Shown here piece by piece: positions 37,474 to 51,049 of a stretch of 64,000 nucleotides of DNA. The position numbers and the translations under genes are program-made. Each line of letters opens with the position of its first letter. Within the stretch, counting starts at the first letter, position 1. This DNA comes from Lama guanicoe (Eukaryota), in contig MU053376.1 in the NCBI GenBank assembly GCA_013239625.1, forward strand, positions 520,833 through 584,832, given 5' to 3'. Below the pieces are notes generated by a model. It did not search any database, had not been told where the DNA came from, and saw nothing but the letters and a program-made list of their open reading frames with translations.

Positions 37474-40374
37474 ATATGTATATACTATATAATTATTACA
37501 TAATTATATATAAATAACAGCTTTGAGATATAATTCATAAATTCACAATTGCATGATATTTGAGACGTAAATTTAATAGCTGGATTTGCCACCAAAGCTT
37601 AAGGATGTTTTCTTTGTTTATTTACAGGAAGGGGCATTCAGGCATCTCAGCAAACAAACGGAGCCAGGAGCCCAGCCAGCTGTGCAACTGCGTTCCCCCA
37701 CTCACCACTTCTTTTCTTAACATGCCCCTCGCTTCTTGTGCCTCCCCGACATTGCTCTTCATCCATCACCATCCTCTCCCCACCCCTGGCCAGACCCTGC
37801 GGCTCCCATCTGGCTCTAGGGTCTCTACCCATCCTGACTCCCTCGCCCCCACCCGGCAGAGACCGAGCCACAGCTGCAGGTGCTGTCCAAGTGACCCTTT
37901 GGAGAAGTCCCCAGAGGGGTGGCCATGTTTGTGGGCAGGCCAGGGAGGACAGAGCCGGCTGCCGAGAGGGCTGCCAGAGGGCCAATTCGATGGATGCCCA
38001 GGTCCGCGTTGCCAGCATGTAACCCTCCCGGGGAAACAGCGGCATTCTAAGCCCAGCTCTACCACTTACCAACGATCGGACAAGCTCCCTGAGCCCAGTT
38101 TCTTCTCATCCATAAAATGGGCATAAAAGTATCTGACTTGAATTTTCATAGGTATAGTTCACTGAATGCTTACTTTGCTGGGCCTCTCGCAAAGCTCATT
38201 TCTTATCGAACCCACACAACAACTCTCTGAGAGTGGGTACTGAAGGAACATGGAGGCTCAGAGAAGTTAAGCAACTTGCCCAAGGTCCCACAGCTAGTGA
38301 GATGCCACTGCTCCCTCAGTCTTCGGCACAGTGCCAGGCCATGAGGGAGCCTACGGGATGGGTGTGTGCAAAAGCGCTTATTGACGGAAATCTCCAGAGC
38401 AGCTAAGCAGGGGTCTTCCCCCCTCCGACTCGACTCACATATGGCTCTGCTATATCTTGGCTAATTTTCTTCCAGAGAGATGAGAACAAATGCTCCAGGG
38501 GGGTCTGGACCCTCCCTTCTCCTGGGGCTGCACACAGGAGTGTGTGAGCACGTGTATGAGTGTGTGTACCTGTGCACGAGTGTGTGCCCTTGAGTTGGGG
38601 AGGCGGCAGGTGGAGACACGCGGTGCCCGGCCAGGTGAATCAGCTTGGAGGGGAGCGGGTTTGGAGGCTGTATTTCGCCATTGCTTGCTCCCCTGGGCTC
38701 AAGGCCTGGGTGGTGCCAGCTCATTTTCACAGCCATTTTCCCAGGAAATTAACAGGGGAACATTCTACTCTGTAATAATGATAAAAACAATAATAATTAA
38801 CACAGCTGTGGCTAATATTTCTCCAGCCTCTCTCTCTCTCTGTCCCCCTAGACCTCAAAACTCTGGGCAAATAGCTAATTGGCTGGCTTTCTCGCTACAT
38901 CCCAGAGACTGGGAAGCCTTAGGTTGTGCCAGATTTCCTGTCTCCTCCAGCTGGGTGCCAGGGCAGGTGCACAGGAGACTGACTGGTCCAGGAGCTGTCC
39001 TGTGGCCCGGAGTACTCTGCCTCCCCACCCTCTCACTCCATCACGTTCTGGGACCACCCCATGCCCAGGAGTAGGAGAGCAGGTAAGGAAGGGAGCGAAG
39101 CATCAGCTGTCTTTGCCCAACCTTTAAAAGCTCCCCCATCAATCTCTGGGTTCGCCCACACAGCCGGTATTGCCTCTGGGAGGGGGTCCCCCTGCTCCTT
39201 CAGCCAATGGAGCCGGTAGGTCTAGTCCCTGCAGAGGATGGCTGATGGCTTTTTCTGGTCCCAGCCAGGAGTCATTACGCACCAAATGTCTAGTTTAAAC
39301 AAGTGATTAGGCAGCTCTATTAAGAGTGCACGTGCTTCCCGCCAGGGAGGGACAGGAACTTCCAGAGGTGGCTGAGGGGGAGCGGGAGGGGGAGGCCAGG
39401 GCCTGGCAGCAACGGGCCTTCTCCTCCAGAGCACTTTCCAGTGAATTCAGCTCAAGGAAGGGAGCTCCCAGCGTTCTGAGAGCCAGCATCCTGAGTGGCT
39501 CAGAGACTGACAGGTTTTTAGACACAGAGCCCAATCCTGATTGTCCAGGCAGCCCACCCACACCCTGATGGACATGAAGGACCTTAAGCAATTTAAACAG
39601 ACAGAAAAGCCAAAGCTCTTGTGTGGCCTCAACCTCCCCAAACACACTCTTGAAAAGCAATTACTGGATCCGAGTTACACTTCCTTTGCTTTCTCCAGGA
39701 GCTGCCTGACAAGGAAGGGGTCAGAAGGGTAAACACAGTCAGCGGCTGTGTTTATCATAAACATAGTCCCCCGGCATCTCCAGAGAGAAAGACTACAGGT
39801 GAACCGAAAGCCTGCAAAACCCCTGTAACTGTATGCCAGCGCGTGTGTGTGTGCGCATGCGCATGTGTGAGTGTGAGCATTTGTGTTTGGGGATGTGATT
39901 CTGGAGAGACCGTCCGTAGCTTGCATCACAGCAGGGTCTCTGGCCCCCAGATAACAAGGAGCCCTGCTCTATTCCTTGGTCATTTGAAGATGGAGGGTTG
40001 GTCCCTTTCCATAAGGGTCTCTTCATCTTTTAGAAATCAGCGGTGGACTCTGAGGCCTGGATTCCACCTGCTTGAAGAAGGGGGACTGGGGTGAGTCTGG
40101 GGACACAACTGAAGCAGAACCATGACAGAGAGCCTTTCGCCAGGCAGAGCTGTGGCTGCCACGAACCTAGAGGCGGTGATGAAGTGCCTTCCTCATCCCC
40201 TCATTTCTCCTATCCTGACAGCTCCCTATCTACTTCTCTGTCACCCCAGTGACAGCCTGCTAATGATGAAGGCAGCATCAATGTCATATAAATTCCTCCA
40301 GAACCTCAGGAGCTAGAAGGAAATCAGGTTCAGGAGGCTGGGAACCAAATGCTCTGCCCAGCAGAGTGCAGAGA

Positions 40375-40590
40375 ACAAAGCTTTTAGAATATAAAAAACT
40401 TGAGTTCAAATCCTGCTTCTGCCTCTTACTAGCTGTGTGACCTTGAACAAATGACTTAACCTCTCTGAGTGTCAGTTCCTATATCTGTAAAATGGGAATA
40501 ACACCTCACAGGGTTATCTTGAGGATTCAATGACGTGATACTGACAGAGAAGCTGGCATAGTGTTGGCATAGAGCAGGCGCGCAGTAAAT
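40375..40590 (+). mobile_element. MIR
   Basis: GAGTTCAAATCCTGCTTCTGCC..ACTAGCTGTGTGACCTTGAACAA..CTGTAAAATGGGAATAA. Confidence 0.8.
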
Positions 40591-43283
40591 GAGTTCTTTC
40601 CCAGCAGGCATAGGTAGGGACATGCACACTTACACCCATCTGCTGCACTAGGGCAACATCAGAGAAAAGGGGCCTGTGGGGAACGGCTGCTTGGTAACGC
40701 GGGAATGGCAGTCAGAAGCCACTTCCGCCTACACTGATCAGAATCTCCTAATCCTTCATGGCTCACCGAGGGGTGGGAGTTGGGGGGCTTCAGTGCTCTT
40801 TCCCGACATCCCATAATGCCATCTGGGCTTTCCATCTGGATCACTGCAGTCTCTCCACTCCATCTCTCTGACGGTGATGGGAAAGGCCACTGGCTCTCTT
40901 TGGTCAAAGGGCAGACCCCACCCCCCATCCCATTCCCGCCCACCTCTCCAGGCCCTCCCCTCCTCTGGGAACGGGCTGTTCTCTTTTGTGCCTGCAGGCC
41001 TTTGAACTTGCTCTGGAATGTCCTTCCATTCTCTGCCTGTGGAGCTCTTAATCGTCCTCCAGTGCCAGCTCAGTTGTCATCTCCTTAGTGACTCCTGTCC
41101 TCCCCTTTCTTGCTCCCATAGCATGGACTGGCCTGAGTGTCTCCAGAGCAGGGGCTGGCCTGCTCCGTCCTGGCTTCCCTCCACTGTGCACGGGGTCTGG
41201 CATGTGGTTGGTGCTCAATAAACGCGGGCTGGGGTAAAAGAACAAATGTGATTTTCCATGGCTGGCAGTGGGGTTCCCCTTAATAGGAGGCTTCCTGTAA
41301 AGGGGGCAGACCCCCTCAAGGGGTGTCTAGCTTGGGTCCTGCTGGAGTAGGCCTACTGCTGTGTCTAGGCTGGATGAGTAGGTGGGTGACAATTAGGCTG
41401 GTGTGCTCATACCATTGGATTCTGCACTCGCCTACTCGAAGCCAGGGCCTTGTCCACCTTGTCCCTGAACCGGGAGAGGAGACTGATAGGAAGAGGGTAT
41501 GGAAGGGAGTCAACCGTCATGACCACTGGCAGCATTAGGGCAAGCTCTGTGAGGCTGGCGTCCTTAACTCATTTCACAGATCAGGACACTGAGGCTCAGT
41601 GGTGACTCACTTGCCCGGGGCCATGCAGGGAAGTTGCACAGAGCTGCAGCTGGAGCCAGGCCGGTCCACTCTAGAACGAGTTCTTTTCAAGATGCTGTCT
41701 TCTGCAGAAGTCATAACACAGCATCCAGAGGCAACAGGAATGGGGAAAGGCCCACGCTGAAAAGCTGAGTGTATGCATGTGCGCGTGTGTGTGATATTTC
41801 TCCTTCACCAATGACGGAGACAGAGAGAACGGATGGAGGATGCTTGTCAAAGGGGCTTTGGACAGCCTTTCCTCCCACATGGCTGGGGCAGGTCTGAGGG
41901 GTTCACGCTGGGCCTTGGGTTCATAAGGCAAGCCTCTGAGCAGTGGGACCGGTGAGGAATGCCTCTTTCAGCACAGCAATTCCCAGCCCAGGGGCCTTCA
42001 GCCAACCCACGTGTCTATCCCACCATGTTTGGTTCCTTGTACTACTTGGCCAAAGCCTCAACCCCAAAAGGGTGAGGAGGAAGTGTGGGGAGCAGGGGAG
42101 GAAGCCCTCCACGGTGAGGACAGAGGGGGACTCCAGACACAGGGGTGAAATGAGGGGAAGGAGCTGGGAACCAGGCTGCTTGGACTGAACCAACTCATCT
42201 CAGGGATGTGAGAGCCTTTATTGTTGATCAGAAATACGTGATCCAAAAAAATCTTGGGGCTTATTTCTATGCTTTTTGCATTCTGCTGTTGTAACTTTTT
42301 CTTAAATTTTTAGTGAAAGCTCCTTTTCAAAAATCTACTGTTGTTTCCACTGAAATTGAGAGAAAACAGGGATTGTAGGTACAAGGATTGAAGGTGCCTT
42401 CAGGAGCAGCACAGCCCGGAGGGGACTGGGGAACTGGGGGAGCTGGGGGAGGGCCAGAAGGAGAGAGGGGGAGCGAAGGGGGACCAGCAATCACACCAAG
42501 GAATAAACAATGGCTGTGAAGAAGGCTGGCTCTCCTGGTGCAGGGAGCTGTTTCAGGCCCAGGTGAGGTTCACAGGCAACCCCAGCACCTGGATCCAAAG
42601 CCAGGGCCCTGCAGCAGCTGCCAGCAGCTTTTACAGCTCCTGTATGGGTGCCAGGTGGGCGGCTGGCTTGACTCTTGCTGGAGCGGGAGAGGACGGTGCC
42701 AGGGAGCCTGCAGTGACCAGAAGATTCTGGCTTCAGGTAGAAAAAGAGCAAGGAGGCAAAAAAAAAAAAAAAAAAAAATGGTGTGGCAGGGTTAATAGTT
42801 TCTTTCCTTCAAGAGAGATTTCATGCCACGTTGAATAAATAAAATAGTACGCAATTGCAAAAGACCTGTTCTGCAGTGTATTAGATACCAGCACACGGTT
42901 CCCCGCCTGTCAGCCGCCATCAGGGTGACTGATGACTTATCAAAAGCCACACTGACATTTCCAAATGAGATGTTTTGATAGAGGTGCCATTCAACAGAGC
43001 CAAAAAAGCCAGATAGAACCTGAATGTAAATGAGGCATATTTGTCACCTTTGTCTCACCTGTTTAAAGGTTTCTTGTCTGACAACGAGTCCTCCAGGAGA
43101 GAGCTAAGGAGAGAGAGAGGGGAGGGAGGAAGAGACAATCTTGAAAGAGCCTAAAGGAAGAGGAGGGTTGCAGCCTGAGAACAGGAGGAAGTCCGGGGCA
43201 GCAGAGGCCAGGGAGCTGGCTCTGATTTCCATGCTAAGTCACTCTGTGACTCAGCAGAAAAGAGCGGCGGTGAGAATAGAGGC

Positions 43284-43594
43284 CTGCACTGTCCAACATG
43301 GTAGCCCTGTTAAGAGAGCACGGAGCATCTGAAATGTGGCCGGTCCAAACGGAGATGTGCTGTACACGTAAATGCACATCAGCTTGTGAAGGTTTAATGT
43401 GCAAAAAGAATGCAAAATATCTCATTAATAAATGTGTTATACTGATGACATTTTAAAGTGATTATTTGGGTGATATATTATTGGGTTAAATAATATTATT
43501 AATTTCACCTCTTTCTTTTTACCTTTTTAATGGGGCTACCCGAATATTAAAACCACCCACGTGGTTTGCATTATACTTCTGTTGAACAGCATTA
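43284..43594. mobile_element. hAT DNA transposon, MER33/MER3-like
   Basis: Terminal CACTGTCCAA ... TTGAACAGC; internal TGAAATGTGGC and AAAATATCTCATTAATA. Confidence 0.75.
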
Positions 43595-44620
43595 GCACAG
43601 ACTGGATCAGAAAAATTCAAACCCCACCTCCACCACTTACTCAAGGACTCTTGGTTGAGTCACTTAAGCTCTTCAAGTCTCAGTTTCCTCATCTTGTGAA
43701 ATGTGACATTATGGGAGTGAGTTCTTGTGAGGTTGTTGTGAGGATTAAATAAAGTGATACGTGGAAAATGTGAGCTCCCCTTGCCCGTTCCTAGGAGCCA
43801 GGACTGAAGGAGCTCCTGGCCTCATCACTAGGTAGCTGCACGCTGAGCTTTCCCGGCTCTCTGTGAGAATCCGGGAAACTGTTACCCATTTGTAGACCTT
43901 GGTTTTCTCAAGTGTAAAATGAAGGGATGCATGCAGATGACTTCTGAATCCTCCCCAAAGCTATATGACCGTTTGTCTGAATTACCCGACTTCTGTGTGC
44001 TCTGGTTTTCCCACCTGAATCTTTATGAGGGGCCAGCGGCAGGAGTGGCCTGAAGGGCAGAGGTGCAGTGGTGGTGCTTCTGACCTCCTAGGGTGACACG
44101 ATGCACCTGTGCCTAAGGCAGGCGCCACTGCCCTGTGGGCTGGGATTTGGAACCACTGGGAGTGGTGCTGAAGCCCCCTCACCCTCAGTGTGTGAAGCCT
44201 GGGGCTATGGCCAGCTGAGGAACTCGAAGTGCTCTGATCGTAAAGTGTCTAGAGAATGTGGAGATGGCCTTAAAGCCTTTACCCAGGAGCATCACAGCAT
44301 TGCCTAACCCCTGGGGAAATAAATATCCTTCCTACAGAGCTGTCTGGGCTCCCGCTGCTGCCAGCAACCAGCCCTTCTTCTCTCCCGAGTCTCCTAGCGC
44401 CCCAGGCGAGTGCAGGGTAGGGATGAAGGTCGGGATGACCAGGGGGACCAAGGCAGGAAAATGGTGTTGACAGCAATCTGAAGACTTACAGTGTTAGCCA
44501 GTCCTCCAGGCCTCTGACAAGTCTGGCTGGGGGTTGACGGTTTCTCTCTCTGACCCTGAACTCCAAGGCCTTAAACAACAGGGTGAGACAGGAGGGAAGC
44601 ATTAAAAGGTACAACCATTA

Positions 44621-45270
44621 CCTGCTCCTGGGCATATATTCAGAAGGAACCCTACTTCAAAAAGACACCTGCACCCCAATGTTCACAGCAGCACTATTTA
44701 CAATAGCCAAAACATGGAAACAGCCTAAATGTCCATCGACAGATGACTGGATAAAGAAGATGTGGTATATTTATATAATGGAATACTATTCAGCCATAAA
44801 AATGACAACACAACGCCATTTGCAGCACCATGGATATTCCTGGAGAATGTCATTCTAAGTGAAGTAAGCCAGAAAGAGAAAGAAAAATACCATACGAGAT
44901 TGCTCATATGCAGAATCTAAATAAATAAATAAATAAATACAAAACAGAAACAGACTCATAGACACAGAATACAAACTTGTGGTTGCCAAGGGGGAGGGGA
45001 GGTGGGTAGGGACAGACTGGGAGTTCAAAATTGGTAGATACTGACAGGCATATGTAGAATAGAGAACAAGATTACACTGTATAGCACAGGGAAATATATA
45101 CAAGATCTTGTGGTAGTTTATGGTGAAAAAGAATGCGACAATGAATATATGTATGTTTATGTATAACTGAAAAATTGTGAATAAATAAAAATTGTGTGAA
45201 TAAATTCTACACTGGAAATTGACACAACATTGTAAAATGACTATAACTCAACAAAAAAATGTTAAAATAA
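44621..45270 (+). mobile_element. Relatively young 5'-truncated L1 (ORF2 C-terminus and 3' UTR)
   Basis: Translates to LLGIYS..KDTCTPMFTAALFTIAKTWKQPKCPSTDDWIKKMWYIY..EYYSAIK (L1 ORF2 end). 17-bp TSD AAAAGGTACAAC(C/T)ATTA at 44604-44620 and 45271-45287, at a TT/AAAA endonuclease site. Confidence 0.93.
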
Positions 45271-48175
45271 AAAAGGTACAACTATTAAAAGAAGGCCCTA
45301 GCTATTGAGGGTATGACGAAAACTGGTTAGAACCTACTAAGCCCAAGATGGCGGGAGGCGGGTCACACTGCCGCAGCAGGGGCTGCGGGAAGGCTGCCCT
45401 GTGATGAGGAACCAGCCACACTGTTTTCTCTTCTTTAGTGACGAGACATACAGTGATGAGCTCTAAGTGCCCTTGAAGGGCAAGGGGTACTGAGGCTGTG
45501 GACCCAACCTCCCCAAGCGCTTCCCTCAGGTCAGGCCGAGGAGGGAGGTGTGGCAGGGTGTTGCGGGAGGGAGGGAAGGAACGCAGGCAGGTGTCCCAGC
45601 TAAAACCACCAAAGGCAAGAAGAACAGTGGGGAAACAGTATAGGGCTGGAGCTGGGTCCAGGTAGGGGGCAGACAACTGGGAAAATGCAGAGAACACTGG
45701 AAAGGAGCCGTCACCTGTGCCTCCCTCAGGAGGCGATGACAGAGGGGCCTGGGCGGGACCCAGGTGAAGCTGTGGCCTCTCCCCAGGATGCCCTCCCTGG
45801 GGGATAAAGCTTACCGGCCTAGAAGCCTGCCTGAGTGGAAGCCTGGGAGAGGACTCAATCCAGTGGTCCAGGAAGCTGTGGATCAGCGAGGAAATCCCTT
45901 CTCAACTAGTTCCATGTGCTTTCCACATCCCCACGTGCCTCCGGGAAGTGGTCCCCCCAAACTGAAGGATGGCACCCAAGATGCAGTGGCGCTCACCAGG
46001 GTAAGCCGACAATGCCTCTTGTGCGGCAAAGCGGGTTTTGTTCAAGGGGTCCCACGGGGCGCTCCACGCCTGCCCGCTGCTGTGCAAACATGTCACCTGC
46101 CTGGCCTCCACGCACGCTGTTGCTCACCACCAGCCCTGCTTTACCTACGAGGAATGGGAGGCTCCAGACTTCAGGTTACTCCGTGGTGGGGGCAGCCCAG
46201 ACCCCGGCAGCTCCTGCCCAGACATGGCCTGTCACCAGCCACGCCGCTGCCACCAGCGTGCAGAGGGGTGAGCTTCTGTCAGAGTCACAAAAGGTAGCGA
46301 GGGAGGCACTGGAGCCCCAAGACCCTGGCTTCAGGAAGGAGGAAGGGATTCGTGAAGGACACCGAGAGCTGATGGCAAAGCTAGGGTAAGAACTCAGAAA
46401 TTCCTGCTTCCAAACAGAACTTCTCAAGCAGCAGCAACTCAACAACGTGGGGGAGCTCAGGGTCACGCCACAGCCAGGGCAGGAGCCAGCGTCCACTCCC
46501 TTACCTGCTGGATTAGGGTCAGTTCCCACTAAATAGTGACCTACTGGGGGTTGAGGACCCAGGGCTGAACAGCTCCACACATGAAAACCACGAGGCTGTG
46601 AGGTCCTGAAGGGCAGGGATGGTCTTATTTGTCTTTGTATCCGGCACCTCACATGGTTCCCAGCACACAGCTGCAGTGATGAATGAATGAATGTAACATG
46701 TGAATGAATGAATCAAACCAGCCTAACCGGAAATGAGGCTAAGTGGGGGGAGGGGCGTGGCAGACTCCGGACTTTACAGGCGCCTCGTGTCCTGCATCCT
46801 TGAGGATGCCAGGCACTGCTGGGGGCGGAGCCATGAGCAAGAGCGCAAAGCAGCACCCAAGGAGAGGAGAGACAAGTAAGCCATAAGAAGCATGATGATG
46901 GGCGGTGTGTTCCTCCTGCTGAGGCCGGCCCCCTGTGTGACCTTGAGCAAGTCCCTGCTCCAGGCATTGGTTTGTTTAGTAGAAGCGGGGTTAGGCTAAA
47001 TGATGCAAAGTCACCCACAGCAGCCCCCATGAGCAGCAGATGGCAGGCACTGGATCCCTCTCCCAGCTGCAGGGAATCGCAGCCTCACCACAGGAGAGCC
47101 GGCAGCGAGTGGGGAAGAGCAAGGCGAGGCAGAGGCGCCTGGCACAAGGGAGGCAGGCAGTTGCTCCTGGAAGCTGGGTCCCCAGGGACCGCGCCACCAG
47201 AGGTAACTGGCTGTGACAGAGGATGGAGCTGGTAGTCAATTCCATTCAATAAAACTTTGATTGCCTAGGAGCCTTGTAAACAGGCAGCTCCCCTGTGGGC
47301 CCCAGGTACTCTCTTCCTGCCTCCCTCCTGCCAGCCCCTGCTCAGCCCAACCCTGCCCCATGCCAGACCCCAGGCCTCCCTCAGCCTCTGGTGCAAAACG
47401 GGCAGCCCAGCTATAAATGCCCGCTGGCAGGTGAGGACCCAGGGCCATGGGGCAGTGGGAGGGTAGGGAGCCCGAATCACTTAGCCCTCATTAGTCCAAA
47501 TTAAAATCAGGAGTGAGATGACAATTACAATTTGCAGCGGGCTAATTGTTTTCCCTCTGAAGCTGATCGTTTTGCAGATTGGGGAAATTAATTGAAGTCC
47601 CAGGTGAATTGGCTTTGAACCCAGCTGAGGCAAGGCAGTCCCTGCCTTCTCCTGGACAGGTCCGCCACCTCTTCACCACCCCTCAGGGCAGCCACCTAGC
47701 CTCAGGCTTCTGCCCTTTGGGATCCTCAGGCAGGAAGAGACTGAGGGTCTGGGGGTTCTGGGTAGGAGGAGGGGGGAACGTTGGCAGAGAGGCGGGGCTG
47801 GGGAAACAGCTGGTCAGAAGGTGCAGCTGGTCAGGAGCCAGCAGTGCCAGGGGCTTCCAGCCTAGCTGCCAGGAGGAGGCACTGCTGCTGCCTGACTTCC
47901 TGCCATCTGCCCAGCTGAGGGGTGGGTTCCGAGAAGCCTCCTTGGATTTGCCAGAAGTTCCCATTTTCACTGAGCATCCAATAGTCATTGCAAAATTCAA
48001 CAAACACAGCCTACTGTGTGCCAAGCACTGTTTAAGAAGGGCGAGGGACATGCAGTGACAAAACGGACACCACCCCCTAGCTTGTGGAGCTTACATGGTG
48101 GGGGGACGGACAAGAAACAGAGAGTAAATATGTAAGTAAATAAAACACCAGATAGTGACAAGGGCTCTAAAGGAG

Positions 48176-48756
48176 CATGGTCAGCAGAATGACCCTCCAA
48201 AGATCTTCACACCCTAATCCCTGGAATCTGCTGGATCTGTTACCTTACATAGCAAAGGGACAGTGCAGATGTAACTAAAGTCTTGGGCTTTAAGATTAGG
48301 GAGAGTGTCCCAGATTATCTGGGTGGGACAAACCTAATCATATGAGTCCTTAAAAGCAGAGAACTTTGTCCAGCTGGAAGCCGAGAGGGGGTCCAAGCAT
48401 GTGAGGACTTGGTGTCCTGTTGCTGGTTCTGGGACGTAGGGGCGACGCACAAGGATTGAAGAGTGGCCTTTGGGAGCTGATCGCCAGTGAGCAAACAGGG
48501 GTCTCAGTCCTACAGCCGCAAGGAACTGGGTTCCACCTGAATGAGCTCAGAAGTGGACGCTCCTTAGAGCCCCCAGGTGAAGCATCCAGCCTGGCTGACA
48601 CCTTGATTTTGGCCTTTTGAAACCTAGAGCAGAGAAACTAGCAGAGCCAACCCAGATGGACCCCTGACCTACAGAGCTGTGAGACAATATACACGTGTTG
48701 TTTTAAGCCGCTAAATTTGTGGCGATTTGTTGTAGCAGCAGTAGAAAACTAATTCA
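48176..48756 (+). mobile_element. MaLR LTR (MLT1D/E-type) nested in L2
   Basis: CAGAATGACCCTCCAAAGAT..CCCTAATCCCTGGAA..TGTTGTTTTAAGCCGCTAAATTTGTGG..TAGAAAACTAATTCA; L2-like sequence on both sides. Confidence 0.85.
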
Positions 48757-51049
48757 GGAACTGAACAGAGGGATGAGATGAAGGGCAATTTGCTGCTGTT
48801 TTACCCCGGGCGGCCAGAAGGCCTCTCAGAGGAGGGACCTGTGGACGGAGACCTGAATAAGGAGGCAGAGTACGGTGACCAATTTGTCCCCATTTCCCAG
48901 CTTTAACTCTAAAGTCCTGAGTCCACACAATAGTAATTAAAGCCTTATGTGAAGTAATAAAAGGCTAAAATGCACTGGGGGAAAAAAAAGTCCCAAGCAA
49001 ACCAAATGGGTGGTCGCTGTAAGGCAGAGGGGACAGCAGGGCAAAGGCTCTGAGGTGGGGCCTTTCAGATGAGTCTCCACAAAAAGCATCCCAGGGGAAG
49101 TGCTGTCAAATACAGGAGCAGGTGACAGAGCTGCTGGGGCTCTTGCTCAGAAAACTTCAGAGTGGGGCCTGGGGACGAGCTCAGGTCCCTGCTCAGAGGT
49201 GGAGCACTGGGGAGAATTCTCAGGGCTCCTTCCAGAACCCTCTCCTCCTGGCTGGGAAAGGCTTAGTTACCTCTGCCTTTCCGGTCCGGTCCCTGGGCTA
49301 CATCCTCTCTGCCCCGCTCTGCCTCCTTCCCCAGCTGTCCCACGCCAGTGCCCAAGTGTCTCCTCGGCGCCCGGGTACCAGGTGCCCGCGGCTGCTGTCC
49401 CCAGCGGGATGCTGGCGCAGCGCCAGCGGCTCACAGCAGGGGGAATTATTCAAGGCGCCTTTAATTAGTTGAGACAATAGGAGGCTGGAAAGAAGGGAAG
49501 ACAGAGATCGGCGGCTTCAAGCCTGTGAGCCTGAAGAAGCCTGAGAGGTAGAGGGAAAGGGAAAGGCAGAGACAAACTGTGGGATCCTCACGCCCTTCCG
49601 CTCCGCCCCCACGGTAGCCCCGCCTTTACACGAAACCATCCCCCTCCCAGAGCAGCAGGTCACCTCCAAACACTGGAGGCACGCACGTAAACAGCAGCTG
49701 TTGGCCTAAGCAGGAAGCCAAAGTTGTGCAGTGGACGTGCAAAGACCCAGTTAAAATTCTGGCTCTTTATCTCGTTAGCTGCGTGATGTCTGGCAAGTTA
49801 ATCGTGCTGGGTCTCAGTTTTCTCTTCTGTACAATCCCAATAATAATACCTACTTTGCAGGGTGGTTGTTGTAAAGATTAGAAATGTCAAAAAGTGCTCC
49901 ACTCAGAGTAGGTACTGCAGAAATGGTGGCTATTTCGATTGTGAGCACTGAACCTCCCATCCTGAATTGAATCCCAGCCCCCTGAATCCAACATTTCTCA
50001 AATCAGAGTGCTCCCAGGAATGACCTGCAGCGTTTGTTAACACAGAAGTACCCTTCCCACTCCTCCAGTCCCTGATTCTGCAGGCCTGGGGGTAGAGCCC
50101 AGAAACCTGCAGACTGAATGTGCTTGCAAGCAGGTGATTCTGAAGTAGGCGGCTGGGTCCACACTTGCTGCCCCAGGCCAGTGTCTACCTCTTGGGGGAG
50201 AAAGAGCCCAAGGCTGTCCTGCACCTGCATCCATTTCAGAAGCTGCCTCCACAGATGGAAAGAGCTTGCTGGGAGGTGGAGCCTTCCCCCGACCCTCTAC
50301 CCTCACCTGGGAGCCTGCGCCTTCGGCAGCCTCCGCACTGTTGGTCCTCAGGCTCCCGGGATGTATGTTGTAAGAGCCTCAGGTGGCTGGAGCTGGGAGT
50401 CACCAGCACAGCCACCGCGTTTTGCTTCCTCATTTTTCAGTGGAAGAAACTGAGGCCCAGAGCAGGAAAGGACTCACCGGAACTCGGGGCTTCTGATTCT
50501 GATCTGCAAGATGAAAGTCTTTGGCCACATGACAGCCGGTCTGTCTCAACTCTGAAGTTCTGTGTTTGAGGGATTGCTTACTCCAGGAGTTGGCTCCACT
50601 GGCCCCTAGCTGAGGAAGCCCAGGGCTGATTGCCTTCCTTGATCTTTCAAACTCTCTGATTTCCAGACCAGGAGGTCTGTGAAACTTTGACCGCATCCTT
50701 ACTCCCAGGTCTCATTCACTTTATGATTTATGTTTGGTGGGAGTTTTCTGCTCTTTCCTATTTTTCTTTTTTCTCCTCCCTTTCTCTGTCTGTATGTTTA
50801 TTCAAGCATTGGTTCTGTGCCTTTTCTCTGCCAGGGATATACAAGATGGCTAAGACCCAGCTCTGTCCTGGGGAAGCTCTTAGCCTAGCAGGGCAGACAG
50901 AAGGACACAGGTCTGAGATGGCCCCAGGGGCTGTGAGATGTGGCGAACAGGGGTATCTGCAACGGCAGGTGATGGAGGTGAGAGCCACATCCTTCCTCTT
51001 TCTCCTCTGTACCTCTCTCCTGCCTCTGGCTCTCTGTATCTACTTAGGT

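Noticed and set aside
44583..44858. ORF with a clear protein motif
   Set aside because: It is the C-terminus of L1 ORF2 in a truncated copy, not a host gene.
47030..47048. CTCF-like motifs (also near 6636, 9466 and 60004)
   Set aside because: Partial matches judged by eye; cannot be told from background without PWM scoring or ChIP.
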